This document shows, piece by piece, positions 51,115 through 64,000 of a stretch of DNA of 64,000 nt. Positions within the stretch are counted from its first letter, which is position 1. Each line of letters opens with the position of its first letter. The notes below the pieces were generated by a model. It was given only the letters and a program-made list of their open reading frames with translations. It did no database searches and was not told the origin of the DNA. Origin of the DNA: Squalus acanthias (lineage: Eukaryota); assembly GCA_030390025.1 (NCBI GenBank), contig CM059432.1, positions 30,134,001 to 30,198,000 of the forward strand, given 5' to 3'. The position numbers and the translations under genes are program-made.

Positions 51115-51885
51115 TCATAGTCATAGAGTTATACAGCACAGAAAGAGGCCCTTTGGCCCATTGTGTCCGCACCGGCCATCAAGCCCTATCTATTCTAATC
51201 CCATTTTCCAGCACTTGGTCCGTAGTCTTGTATGCTATGACATTTCAAGTGCTCATCTAAATGCTTCTTGAATGTTGAGGGTTCCTGCCTCTACCACCTT
51301 TTCAGGCAGTGAGTTCCAGATTCCAACCACCCTCTGGGTGAAAAAGTTTTCCCTCAAATCCCCTCTAAACCTCCTGCCCCTTACCTTGAAACTATGCCCC
51401 TGGTTATTGACCCCTCTACTAAGGGGAAAAGTTCCTTTCTATCTACCCTATCTATGCCCCTCATAATTTTGTACACCTCAATCAGGTCCCCCCTCAGCCT
51501 TCTCTGCTCTAAGGAAAACAACCCCAGCCTGTCCAGTCTCTCTTCATAGCTGAAGCACTCCAGCCCAGGTAACATCCTGGTGAATCTCCTCTGCACCCTC
51601 TCCAATGCAATCACATCCTTCCTATAGTGTGGCGACCAGAACTGCACACAGTATTCCAGCTGTGGCCTAACTAACGTTTTGTACTGCTCCATCATAACCT
51701 CCCTGCTCTTATATTCTATGCCTCGGCTAATGAAGGCAAGTATCCCATATGCCTTTTTAACCACCTTATCTACCTGTACTGCTGCCTTCAGGGATCTATG
51801 TACATACACACCAAGGTCCCTCTGATCCTCTGTCCTTCCTAGGGTCCTACCATTCATTGTGTATTCCCTTGCCTTGTTAGTCCTT
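51115..51885 (-). mobile_element. CR1 LINE 3' fragment
   Basis: ORF 51381-51857 (LVRPQLEYCVQFWSPHYRKD); (CTATGA)n tail. Confidence 0.92.
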
Positions 51886-52019
51886 GGTTATTACGTGGTA
51901 CAGAGAGAAAAAGAACAAATAGAATTCAAAAACACAGGACCCAACAGTTAAAATGGTTATGTCCTTTGCGATGTTACAAGGGTTTGTTTTGGCATTGTAA
52001 TGGTGCAATTGCAGGTTTG

Positions 52020-55000
52020 CACTAGAGGCCTTTATTAACCTATGGATTTGTTAGAGGTACCTCAACGCCGGCACACTTGAAGCCTTCCGAGACCGGTGGG
52101 CACCGCAGGGACTGGAGTGCATCGTCTCCCCGGGAAATGTTATTTTAATATAATGATAAGTTTCATTTGAAGTTTTGTTAATTTAAAGTAGTTTTATGTT
52201 GACTCAAAAAGAGTAGAGGTGCCTCAAGTTGTAGGAACCTGATATGGCAACATTGTAATTTACTATACAGGTACATTGGCATTCATACAGATATTTCTCA
52301 CATTCTTTCCTTCTTCCCCCTTCCTCACGCAGCACTCGGCAGCGCACTGTCCACCTTGTCTTTAAATGAATTGGATCAATTGAATTAGACCTGCGAGTTT
52401 CCCAGCCAATTAAATGGGGTGGGTCTGATGATGTCATCGATGACTCGCCTTGAGCTCAGATATTTAAAGGGGCCTTCTACACATTACACTTGAAGGTTGC
52501 TGGAGGGGGATCACAGCTCTTTGGCAGAGGTGTGGTTGTTCAGAAACGAAAGATTTTCCATCGGAAGCTTGAGGGAAGCATGCAGTCCCAGCAGCGGAAG
52601 GCAGCACCCAGATTCTCGGACTCCTCCCTGGAAGACCTGCTCCAGGGAGTTCGAGCACGTAGGGACATCCTGTTCCTTGGGGATGAGTACAAGAGGCCTT
52701 CCAGTGAGATAAAGCAGGGATGTAGTCAGGCGATCCTGGATCCAGTGCCGCAAAAGATTTAATGATCTCATGAGGTCAGGAAAGGTGAGTGCAATGCCAC
52801 ATTCAACTGCATCCTGATGTGTGTATCACCCCAACCCCATCACTCTGCCTTCCCAAGCTTACCCCTGCACGTCAATCCTTACACCAACCTACCTTGCAAG
52901 GTGCACCCATCCCTCACTCTCTATGCACCTACTCACATCCCTATCTGACTAACCACCACTGACACTCACCCTCATCCTAATGCAATCATAGGAAGTAATG
53001 CCACAGAAGGAGGCCATTTGGCAATGCCACGCCACTCCCTCATGGGCACCCTCTACAGATGTAGCCCATCCATTCCTTACACTCATTTCATCAAACTCAC
53101 TCAAAGTTCTTTCCCTTGCAGAAGAGAGCTCAGAACATCCGGGAGAGACAACAATTTTTGCCCTCCAATTTTTAACCAACTTGACTCCAGCAGAGGAGGA
53201 GGCGCTGCAAATCACTAGAGTTGCAGAGCTGCTGGCGGTGGGAGACGGAGCCCTCCCAGCAACCTGGTGACAGAATTAAATATCATACAGCCACATGGCA
53301 TACAACAGTCACTCATGGTGACTTGATGTCAGAAGCCAGTGAAATGTCATCATGTGCATAATGATAATATCGCTCATTCTTCTCATTACATTTCTAATTC
53401 ATGTCTTTACTCTCCCACAGGTCCATCAAGTGCCCGCACCCCCACTGTCCAGCTGGAAGAGGAAGACGACGACTCAGAGGTAGCTCCACTCTCTGAAGGT
53501 GCACTGTCACCAGACCCATGTGCACCCAGCACCGATATGCACACCTCGGTGGGTCCAGCAAGATATAGAGTAGCGTTGTGATCTGTGAGACACCAGGTGA
53601 CAAGTGAGCAAGAGCAGATGGTGGAGACAGGGACAGCACTGGCGAGTCCTCGCCAGAGGGTGCAAGACACTCCCAGCTCTGCTCAGTTGCGTGCAGATGC
53701 TGAACCTCAGGGGCCGTCGAGAAAGAGGGTGATCTTGGAGGAGCAGCAACAAAAGCACGAGGCTCTGGCAGCTTTTGCAGCTGCGATGTGTGCGACTGTA
53801 CAGAGAATGGAGGAGTTCATCTCCAACATGAGCACCACCATCTCGCAGGCGATGGCGACGGTGTGCTGTTCCATGGAAAGGATGGCCACCTACATGGAGC
53901 AGCAAATGCGCCAGTCGAACAACAACAGGCTTGCTGTGAACAACAGATTGCAGACTCTCATTGACCTCACCTCGAGGAGGGATACCAACTGTAAGCTGCT
54001 ATACATGTGGAGATCGAAATTGCCAACGAATTGTGAGAGGATAACAGACGGACTCAAAATGGAGGAGGTCAGCATGTGGTCCTTTGTTTGTAAGGATTCA
54101 AAATGGAGGTGGTCAGTATGTAGTCCTTTGTTTGGGAGACCACATGGACAGGAAAGAGAAACACAGGATGAAGAGGAAGTCCCGCCCTCACACACATCAC
54201 AGGGACATGAGCGTATCATGCAGAAGGAACACCAATCAGGGAAGGTCAGGAGTGAAGAGGAAGGCAGCTGGAAGAGACACGAGGAGAACATACAGGAGGG
54301 CATTATAAAGAGAAACAGAAGCGTAAAAATTCGAAGGACAAAGGAAGCTGTTTTGAATGGTCAGTCGATTCGTGAAGCCTACCATCAATTCGGACTGATC
54401 AATACAGCTGCCAGGGAATCTGGCACACATGCATGATTATCTTTTTATGGTTGCAGATGAGCTGCACACTGAGGGAGTGGAAGCCCTTGCGGTTGACAAA
54501 GACCCTGGGTGATGATGGGGTGCCTTCGTGGCCACATGTGTGCAGTCGATGACGTCCTGCACCCGTGGGAAGACAACCAGAGTAGCAAAGCCGAGCTCAG
54601 TAACACTGGCTTTGCCAGTGTCAAAGTTGATATAATTGGCTGACTTGTCAAACAGGGCATCGGTGACCTGTGTGATGCATCTGGTGGCTGACTGCGAGAT
54701 GCCACAAATGTCTGCTGCAGATCCCTGGATGGAGCCTGAGGCAAAGAAGTTGAGGGTGGTGGTGACTTTGACAGCCACTAGTAAGGCATGTCCACCATGT
54801 CTCGTCCTGTTCGCCCATCACCCCTGTGCTCGCTGACCTACATTGGCTCCCAGTTAAGCAGCACCTCGATTTCAAAATTCTCATCCTTGTTTTCAAATCC
54901 CTCCATGGCCTCATCCCTCCGTATCTCTGTAATCTCCTTCACCCACCACCCGCCCAAGATATCTCTACTCCTCTAATTCTGCCCTCTTGAGCATCCCTGA

Positions 55001-55741
55001 TTATAATCGGTGGCCGTGCCTTCTGTTGCCTAGGCCCTAAGCTCTGGAATTCCCTGCCTAAACCTCTCCACCTTGCTACCTCTCTTTTGTCCTTTAAGAC
55101 GCTCCTTAAAACCTACCTCTTTGACCAAGCTTTTGCTCACCTGCCCTAATTTATCCTTATGTGGCTCGATGTCAAATTTTTTTGTCTTATAATACTCCTG
55201 TGCAGCGCCTTGGGACGTTTTACAATGTTAAAGGCGCTATAGAAATACAAGTTGTTGTTGTCCTCTGGGCAGCAGGTCTTGTTCCAGCAAGCTACAAATG
55301 TCTGACGACCTGGCGCGATAGCCTGAGCCTCCTGAAGCACTGATGCTCAGTCACGTCTAGGAAGCTCATCCTCTGCCTGTATACCCTGTGTTGGGGGTAA
55401 CGTCTCCGGTGCAGTGCACCCCTGTGCTGATCCCCTCTCCTGTGGAGCATCAGGTCAGTGAGGAGAAGGAGAAGTTCCTGAGGTGCGTGAATCCCTTGCG
55501 CAACCAGTTAAAGTTCAAACCTGATTTTAAAAGGGCAGTTAAGGGTCTGTAAATGAGCAGTTAACTACCTCAATGAGGTCGCCCGCCTCTCCAGAGCGGG
55601 TCCGTGGCGCGCCTGGAAATGCGCCCCAGTGAAATGCGGAAGTCGGTGGGATGACAGCAGGTTCCCGACACAGTCAATTTCAGCGCTTTTAACCGCCGAC
55701 CCGCTCCCAAACCTGCGCTCGCCAATGTGAAAATTCCAGCC
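52020..55741. mobile_element. Decayed PIF/Harbinger transposon with convergent Myb/SANT-like and DDE nuclease genes
   Basis: Plus strand from ATG 52580: RKAAPRFSDSSLEDLLQGVRARRDILF ... WIQCRKRFNDLMRSGK|gtgagt. Minus strand: [33 protein letters not shown] (54437-54778) and RVYRQRMSFLDVTEHQCFRRLRLSR (~55310-55390). Right end AAATTCCAGCC followed by TTA. Left boundary uncertain. Confidence 0.85.
54805..55260 (+). mobile_element. L2 3' end inserted into the Harbinger nuclease gene
   Basis: [14 protein letters not shown]; ends AAAGGCGCTATAGAAATACAAGTTGTTGTTG; splits the nuclease reading frame. Confidence 0.85.
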
Positions 55742-57296
55742 TTAATTTGGGTCTAAAAGGCTTTTTGATTTTCATCAAAAAAAGTTAAATGTTGCCTGCA
55801 CATCAACAAAATTTTTTCAAATTTTCACGTGGAAAGAGTAATTCACTTCATAGCCAGTCTCTTCAGACTCCATAATCCAACAATGTCTAATACAGGGACA
55901 GATACACACTTTTCCCAGCTGTGAATGCACAGGTCAAAGGGAAAAGACTAAAGCTAAAGCTTCTTAAATGAGAAGAGTTTAACTTAAGTGTCCTATGCAT
56001 TCTTAAATTCCATTTCACAATATTCAGCATGCGAACTAGATATATTTTTAACGGAAAACATACACATATTTTGAAAGTTACTAAGAATTAGCAGGTTAAT
56101 AAAGTATTGTAAATGGGCATTCTTTTAAACACACAATGCCACGTATGGTGTGAACTCCTCAATAAGTAGTTTTTAATACTTGTATAGTTACTGACTTATT
56201 TAAACATTAGTATTACCATAGACCAATAAAACAGTAGCAACCTTGGCACTTCCCCAGAGCTAAATAATTAAAAAGTCCAAATTGTGCAGAGTACTCAATT
56301 ATTTTTCCTCCTTTTCCATCTATTTTCTCCCATTTTCTCCTTGCTGGGATATGATTCCCTAGGTGCAGGCTACCCTCTAGTATCTTGTCCAAGTGGCTAT
56401 TCATGTGCAAGACTAAACAATGAGTGTTGGCTGGCTATTTAACCATTAGGGTTATGACAGTCGAGCCCAATACTGTTGAAAAAGCAACTTTTATAGTTAT
56501 ATTTATGTAACATAGAAAAAGATCCCAAAAACTTCTTCACATAGGAGAAAAGGAAAAAAGCCATTTAGGGAGGGTTGAAGAGGTGGCCCAATGCTTGGTT
56601 GAAATTATATCCTTTGACAAAGCTTTTAAAAAGGTAGGGAGGGAGGTGGAGGGATTTAGGGAAGGGGTTCCAAAGAGTAGGGCTAAGGCAGTCAAAGGCT
56701 CTACCACTGAATGTGGAGTGGTTGCAGGACAGAGTCAGAGGACTGGAGGTCATGGGAAAGAGATATTACACAAGAGACGGTTGCAGACATAGGATGGGAG
56801 AGATAATGGAGGGGTTTGCAGGTGAGGACAAGAATTTGAATTCAAACCATTATAGGACAGGGAATCAGTGCAGGTCAGCTATAAGGGTCATCCAATATCC
56901 ACACATATACCTCCAGCAGGGCTTGCTGGATAGCGATCAGGAATAGGAACCCTGGCTTAATTTTTTTCCCTTGCTGAGTCAGGGGATTCAGGCGAACTGT
57001 TGTCCTGACTGAAATCAGATAACCATTGTCATACAGTTGTCCAAGATAAGGGAGTGAAGGGTTATGGGGAGTGGCTTTGAGCCCAAGATCAGCCATGATC
57101 TTATTGAATGGCGGAGCAGGCTGGAGGGGCCAGGTGGCCTATTCCTGCTCCTATTTCTTATGTTCTTCGTGCCTTAGACCATTGACCCATTAGTATACTG
57201 CTTAGTTTTGGAATAGTTGAGTTATTTCCTTTTGCTGGAACATATTCCTTTTGCTGGAACATATTCCCCATCATTCCCCAAAGCCACGCAACTAAC

Positions 57297-57374
57297 CTGC
57301 CGGAGGTCCATAAGTTCCTTCAGTTCCTTTTCGTACTTGCAGCCTGCTTCATTGTAGTGTTCTTCAATAAGATC
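57297..57374 (-). CDS. RHPN1: RHPN1 exon (DLIEEHYNEAGCKYEKELKELMDLRQ)
   Basis: ttttgatag| acceptor, CAG|gttagt donor, 78 nt, phase 0/0; BRO1 helix. Confidence 0.92.
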
Positions 57375-60265
57375 CTATCAAAAATAGAAAGCAGGGCACT
57401 TAGTAGAATTATTTGAAATTTACTTCCGAAAATGCTTCCTTGTGTATCCGTATATAAAATGAAAGTATGCAGTCAGAAACAGATAGGGACAGATGTCTGA
57501 AGAAAAATGACTTTGACCTTACTGAGTTAGCTGATCTCAGTGGAGGGCATTACAACTGGCCAGAATGTCCCTGGCCTAGCAAGACGGAAAAAAAAAATCA
57601 GCTGGGATGCCTGCTCCTGATTCCTATCTCGAGACTCCTGCGAGAAAGTTACATGCAGGAATGTCAGGTGAGAACAGGATCATGTGCAGCTGTTGATACA
57701 CATTTAAGATTCGATGAAGGGCGGATACTTCGATGAGATACTGGAGGACATTCAGCACCATTGAACTGTACCCAATATGAAATACCAGCTTAAGATGAGG
57801 TGAGAGGGGTGGGAGTGCTCCTCCCGATCCCACACTCCAATGCTCTCCACCCCGCCCCCACCCAGGCCTCCGATGTTTGCTGCTCCGGACTTCACTTACC
57901 CGAATGCTGCTGTGACACTAGCAGTGGCCCGATTTTGGTTTCCTCTTCGATGGCTGGCTGTTCGCACCAAGCTGACTCCGTTGAAAGGAGGCCTGAGGCC
58001 CAATATCGGGAGCGGCTTGGGTCTCACCATGCTAGTGCAGAGAATGTAGCACACCCATTTCTACCCCCATCTGTTTTAGTGATGTTGGTTGAGAGATAAA
58101 TGTTGGCCGGGACACTGAGAATTCAGCTGCTCTTTATATAGTGTCATGGGATCTTATATGACTGCTGAGAGGGCAGACAAGACGCTGTTTAACGTGAAGA
58201 TGGCACCTCCTTCAGTACAGCGCTCCCCCAGTATTGCACTGGTGTGTGCCAGTTTAGATTATGTCTGAAATGGGGGGTTGAAGCCATGATCTTTTGATTT
58301 AGCAGCGAAAGTGCTGCAGGTTTTTAATTGAAATATAGTGACAGAGAGTGGATTTAAAAGTTACTGTTTGTTTACCAGAGTTACTTATTCATTTACTGGC
58401 AATGTGAAAGATGTCATTATTTATCCACTCATGTCCAATTTGGGCTTTAAATGTACTTCACCTGCAAGTAGGACTGCAAACTGTGAGTTCCTGGGAGCAA
58501 GTGGCACCTGCATTTTTCCACGTGGCGTGGTACGATTTCATTACTACCACTGTATGCCTGTAACATTTGCTGGGTGGAAGCGAGGGGCTTCTCAACAGGG
58601 AAACTGATTAAAAACTGTAGGGCAAACCTCTCAAGGTTACTTTGTGTACCTTCTCGTGGCCTGGAGAACTATTGGCATAGAATTTGTGAAAGAGCACCTC
58701 GAAGATTACAAGGTTGGTTCAAATGGAGGTGGCCTTTCAGTCAATTTTACCTCAGCCTTCTATATCAATCCTACTGTTTCCCATTATAGCATCTAGCTGT
58801 TTCTTAAATGAGTTCAGAGTCCTGGCCCCAATCACCCTTCCTGGCAACTTGTTCAAGCTGTTCATACATCATCTGTGTAAAGAAAGAACTCCTGTATTTT
58901 TCTCTTGAATTTACCTTACACAACCCTGAGCCTGTGTCTTCTCGTCCTGTTGTCCTGGCATATCTCAAAGTATTGTTTTGGATTGACATCTACCTACTTC
59001 CTCCACCTATCTATCTTCCTGAATGAGCATAGTGAATGGTGTTAGAAGGGAATATAAAAAAGCACTAAGGGCTACATCACATGTTCTTGCAGGTTTTTTA
59101 ACAACCTACCATCCTTGATTTATTACTTAGGAATGACGCAGTGACTGATCTTTGGCCAGCTGGCATAAAAGTCATAGGTGCGGCTGATGTGATCAATTAT
59201 CAGATTTTATGATAAGTAAGTGACAAGGTTCCCATAACAAAATAATTGTCTGTTAAATAGGTTTTAAGCAACAATTAACTGCATGTCATGTCTTTGTTTC
59301 CAGAACTGCCTTAAAGCTCACAAACAAACAAACAGAGAATCATAATGGTGAGCGCAGTGGAAAACCAACTCATGGTTTCAAAGAGTGGAGGTACACAGGT
59401 TTAATTTTTCACTCTGCTGGGTTCCTGATCTCAGGAGCATTTAAAGAGAAGCTAGGTAAGTACACAAGGGAGAAAGTACTAGAATGATATGGTGATAGGG
59501 TGAGACGAAGTAAGGTGGAAGGAGGCTCGAGTGGAGCATAAACCCCGCATAGAGCTGTTGGGCCGAATGACCTGTTTCTGTGCTGTAAATCCTATGTAAA
59601 ATCAGAAGGAACAGTCAAGTAGTCACTTTGATGTGTTCCTAAAGCACAATTGCCAAAACCTCAGGCACAGGACCAGGTTGCTTACCCGACCCACACTCTA
59701 GTTTGCAGGAGTCGTGTAGCCAAGTGAGGCTTGAGAGAGAGGCAGGGCAAAATGTAGTGATTTCATGTCTTGTAAGACAGCAAAGCAGAAAATAAAATAT
59801 TACAGCACCATCTGCAGTGCTCTGACACTTTGATAAGAGTGCACTTGCAGTATGATCATTACCACCTTTGACTGCTTTTTATTAGTCATCTGTCACAATG
59901 ATCTAAATCCATCTTTTGTAAAGATTTAATCTTGCAAGGCAAAAAAAAAAAATCAGCTTTTCTAAATTCTTTGTGGATGGACATTACATTCACTGAGGTG
60001 AGGAAAGTCAATACTGGGAGATGGAATATTTTTCTACTATGTTAAACACAATGTTAGATACAGGAAATCAAGATAAAGCTCTTCTATACTAACAAGGTGC
60101 TTTAATCTCCAGTGCACCAGTGTGAAATACCCATTTTTCACACCTGTACTGAGGCTTTAAAGTGAGACGGACACAGATTATCAATTTGGTGCTAATTAGT
60201 AGTGCTTTGGACTCGTGCCTGCAAGGAGCTGGGTGACACTGTACCAAACTCATTTCACTTGAGGC

Positions 60266-62777
60266 TAGGGTTGCGAAGGGGTGGAAAGTTTCCGGTAAAT
60301 TTCTGGAAATTTTCCACGGGAAGTTTAGCTTGGGAATTTTGCCCAAAAAAGCACATGCTAGCATAATATTGTTTTTTTTTGTATTTCTTTTTTTCCCCCC
60401 CCCCACAGGTCCTCTCTTAAAATTACTAACAGAGATGGAATCTTAATTATTAAGGAATTTCTTAATCAATATATGTTTATCTTCTTACTTGGCTTGTTTT
60501 AATAATTACAAGTTTTGTGTGTGACTGTGAACAAATGTGTCCTGATTGGTTGGATGAGTGGATGAGCGATTAGCTCCCTCTATTGGTGATGTAGCGTCGT
60601 GCGTGCACAGGTCATGCTTCCATCACATGGAGCATCAGGAAAAATGTACTCACCCTGTTGCAATCGTGCTGATCGACCGCAGTTCGACACAGAGACGAAT
60701 GCCCTTTATTTCTCTGCATAGAACAATGCCACGTTTACCGTCGGATGTGTGGAAGCATTTTACCCCAGGCATTAAAGATGGAAAGACTGTGTACATGTGC
60801 AAACACTGTACAAAGCCATATGTAAAGAATGCCACAAAGATGCAGCAGCATTTATCCAAATGCAACAACTTCACTCAAAGCTCACAGCAGTCAGCCCAGA
60901 GTCCCTCTGCTTCCATTCAAGAAGATGATGGTTCACCTTCAGCATCAGGCTCCTTATCAGCAACTCCTGGCCCACTTGGAAGGTTCTTTGATACAATGGA
61001 TAACCATAGCCAGAAGAATGCAGATGAGTGCCTTGCTCGAGCTGTATATGCGACAGGCTCAACCCTCATGCTCTTAGCCAATGTGTACTGGAAGAGATTT
61101 TTCAATGTTATTCGCCCTGCATACTGTCCTCCCACCAGACATGCTTTGTCTACTTATTTGCTGGAGGCTGAGTATAACAGAGTCCAAGGAAAGCTCAAAG
61201 AAACGATAGAGATGGCAGACATTGTTGCAGTTATCTCAGATGGGTGGTCAAATGTACGAGGGGAGGGCATCATAAACTACATCGTCTCCACTCCTCTCCC
61301 AGTGTTCTTCAAGAGCACAGACACGAAGGACAACAGACACACAGGCACATACATTGCTGATGAGCTGAAAGCGGTCATCAACGATCTTGGATCACAAAAG
61401 ATCTTTGCAGTAGTTACTGACAATGCTGCGAATATGAAGGCTGCTTGGGCTCAAGTGGAGGAGGCCTACCCTCATATTACGTCTATTGGGTGCGCAGCTC
61501 ATGGGCTCAACCTGCTCCTCAAGGACATCATGGGCTTGAGAACCATGGAAACACTGTACAAGAGAGCCAAGCAAGTTGTTAAGTATGTCAGGGGAAAACA
61601 GGTAGTTGCAGCAACCTACAACTCCAAGCAAACAACAAAGAACAAGAACACCACACTGAAGCTGCCCAGCAACACTAGATGGGGTGGTGTTGTCATAATG
61701 TACAACAGCCTTCTGGAGGGTAAGGAGTCGCTGCAAGAAATGGCAATATCCCAGTCTGGGGATATGGAAACCACCATCAAGAAAATACTGCTGGATGATG
61801 TGTTTTGGGAGAGAGTGGTTAGCAGCCTTAAACTACTCTCTCCAGTACCATCTGCAATTGTTCAGATTGAAGGAGATGACGCTGTCTTGTCAGATGTTCT
61901 CAGGCTTTTTGCTGATTTAAAAGAACAAATCAGCATTACCCTACCCACATCCCTGCTGCTCAAAGCAGAGGAGAAGGCAATTGTTCAATTCATACAGACG
62001 CGTCAAGAATTTTGTGTCAAGCCGATTCATGCTGCAGCATACATGCTGGACCCAAAGCATGTTGGGAGACCAATACGTTCTGGAGAACAGATCAACAGCG
62101 CTTAGTGTGATTTCTACCCTCTCACGCCACCTCAATCTGGACGTGGGCAAAGTTCTGGGAAGTCTGGCAAAGTTCTCTACCAAGCAAGGTCTTTGGAATG
62201 GGGACGGGATATGGGAATCATGCAAGCATATCAGTGCACATACCTGGTGGAAGGGATTTTGTGCATCTGAGGCCCTGTCACCCATTGCATCGGTGATACT
62301 CCAAATCCCACCTTCATCAGCGGCCTCTGAACAAAACTGGTCACTTTTTGGGAATACGCATACAAAGGTGCGCAACAAGCTGACTAACAAGAGAGTGGAG
62401 AAACTGGTGGCTATCCAGGCGAACCTACAACTTATTGAGCCAGATACAGAAGTGTCCACCACACAGCTAGACAGTGACACAGAGGAGGAAATGGACACGT
62501 CAGAGCCAGAGAATCAGGAGGAGCAATGAGGAGTAGAAGACTCATGAGTAGAAGATTCAAAGGGACAAAATAAGGACAAATTACAGGCTAAATAAGCTGT
62601 TTTTATTTGTATGGAACAGTATGTCTATTTTGATGACAAAGATAATACAGTATAAGGGTCAGAGACAAAAACCATCAGTGTGCAAAAAAAACTCAAAATT
62701 CCCATAGATTCCCATAAATTCCCGAAAATTCCCATGGAAAGTTTCCTCTTAAAAATTCCCGGAATTTTGCAACCCTA
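60266..62777 (+). mobile_element. hAT-superfamily DNA transposon, full length (2512 bp)
   Basis: TIRs TAGGGTTGC(g/a)AA; perfect 8-bp TSD CTTGAGGC (60258-60265 and 62778-62785); subterminal GGAAAnTTCC-like repeats; internal transposase. Confidence 0.95.
60726..62529 (+). pseudogene. hAT transposase (BED zinc finger, DDE core, hATC dimerisation domain) with one frameshift near 62100
   Basis: VWKHF..CKHC..MQQHLSKC (BED), SDGWSN, VTDNAANM, CAAHGLNLL and TRW in ORF 60558-62105; WWKGF..LQIPPSSAASEQNWS..KVRNKL in overlapping ORF 61981-62529. Confidence 0.92.
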
Positions 62778-63329
62778 CTTGAGGCCCTTATAGAATTATA
62801 ACACCATTCCTTTATCTATGGGACCAGAATTCAAATTCAGAATGCTTCGCTCTTCTACAAGTTATGAGTATAGCTACGAGTGTAGATGAAAATTTACTTT
62901 CAACCCAATTTATACTGGATCAATATGGATGCAAGCAGCAAATAATTGAAAAATGAACACAAAATTATAGTCGTCACTGCCCGAGTTGGATTGCTGCAAC
63001 AGTTGAAGGGTAAAGTTATTAAGAACTGCATTGTGTAGTGGTTAAGGTGCATAGTTTACATCTCTGTGGTCACTAACTCCATTTCCAACAACTGATACCC
63101 AAATTTTACCTGCAATATGGATGAAGAACTTCACTGAATATTCAGCTTGAGAGGCTTGTATCAAGTCAGAAACATCCTTAGCATAACAGGATGGTGAAAG
63201 TGAGCAGAAGGAAATCCAGAACCCACTGAAGCAAAGCTTTAACATGGGGAGAGAGGTAGTAAGAAAATATTTGGTAGAGTTATATTTATTTCGAAGGCTC
63301 TGTCACTTCATTAGAAGAAAATTACCAAC

Positions 63330-63405
63330 CTTCAGAGGCATCGTCAATTCAACTTCTTTTGTCTCCTTCAGGCCCAGAGGAATCATGGGAACACTAATAG
63401 ACTCA
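63330..63405 (-). CDS. RHPN1: RHPN1 exon (ESISVPMIPLGLKETKEVELTMPLK), start of BRO1 domain
   Basis: ttgcag| acceptor, AAG|gttggt donor, 76 nt; contains the rhophilin signature PMIPLGLKETKE. Confidence 0.93.
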
Positions 63406-64000
63406 CTGCAACACAAACAGAGGTTCTCAAATGTTTAGATAATCTCTACTTTCAATTATCACCAGCACTACAGTAACGCTTTCTTTAATTACTGACCCTT
63501 TGAATGCCTGATGGCAGATTATGGCTAAATCTATTTAAAGGAGAGTGATATCTATAATAATGATGTGTCTAACTGGCAGTGTCTGTTTACCACATGTTTG
63601 GTTTCTCAAGTGAGAAGAGCACCTATTGTGACCCACCAGTAATTCTGAAATACATATACTCAGATCACCAGGAAGTCAAGAACATTGCTAGTTATTTTCT
63701 CTTAATTCCTAGCTTGATTTGTCCCTTTTCTTTTATTGTTGAGCAGCAGTAATTACAAGTGACCACCCGAGGAATAACTTCAGAGCAGTAGAATATGGGA
63801 GAATATGCTCAAATCAATTAAGTTAGAAAGCACAATATCAAAATCTTACCTGATGTCATTACTGAGTATTTCCTATTCACACAACCTGAGAAGAGTGAAT
63901 AAAATCATGGAAAGCACTATTTAATGACTAAGGGGGCAGCAACAGGACGAGGGTGGAAGAGAAGCTTTTAATAAACTCTCTCTCACTCATCACCGTCAAA

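Noticed and set aside
53585..54436. 283-aa ORF as a host gene
   Set aside because: Lies within the Harbinger fossil; combines the Myb-gene last exon with sequence antisense to the nuclease end.
57226..57267. 19-bp tandem duplication near an RHPN1 donor
   Set aside because: Simple local duplication that leaves the splice site intact; no evidence of function.
24812..63405. Calling the rhophilin RHPN2
   Set aside because: BRO1 residues (RALAFEKGSVLFNIG, KENFSNAPS, DIFHRLGP) and adjacency to ZC3H3 favour RHPN1.

Overview
Vertebrate genomic DNA, very likely from a cartilaginous fish (shark), judging by its CR1/L2 LINEs, Deu-domain SINEs and Penelope-like repeats. Two host genes lie on the minus strand in tandem. 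(1) RHPN1 (rhophilin-1): 12 coding exons reconstructed from 63405 down to the stop at 24812, all GT-AG and phase-consistent, covering the BRO1 and PDZ domains; the 5' HR1 exons lie beyond the window end. (2) ZC3H3: CpG-rich promoter, coding exon 1 (13381-13426) and a large exon 2 (6340-7972); the gene continues beyond the window start. The rest is mostly transposon-derived: a near-intact 2.5-kb hAT element (TIRs, 8-bp TSD, one frameshift), a decayed two-gene PIF/Harbinger element with several hairpin-rich MITEs, Tigger-like and hAT MITEs, and CR1/L2 fragments and SINEs. The most striking structures are Penelope-like insertions carrying minimal hammerhead ribozyme motifs. Two are long palindromes: a perfect 181-bp inverted repeat at 17984-18372, and ~290-bp arms around a GIY-YIG fragment at 29563-30468. 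They share a 3' tail, junction geometry and covarying ribozyme stems. I see no evidence for a wholly new system; these are unusual examples of known element classes.
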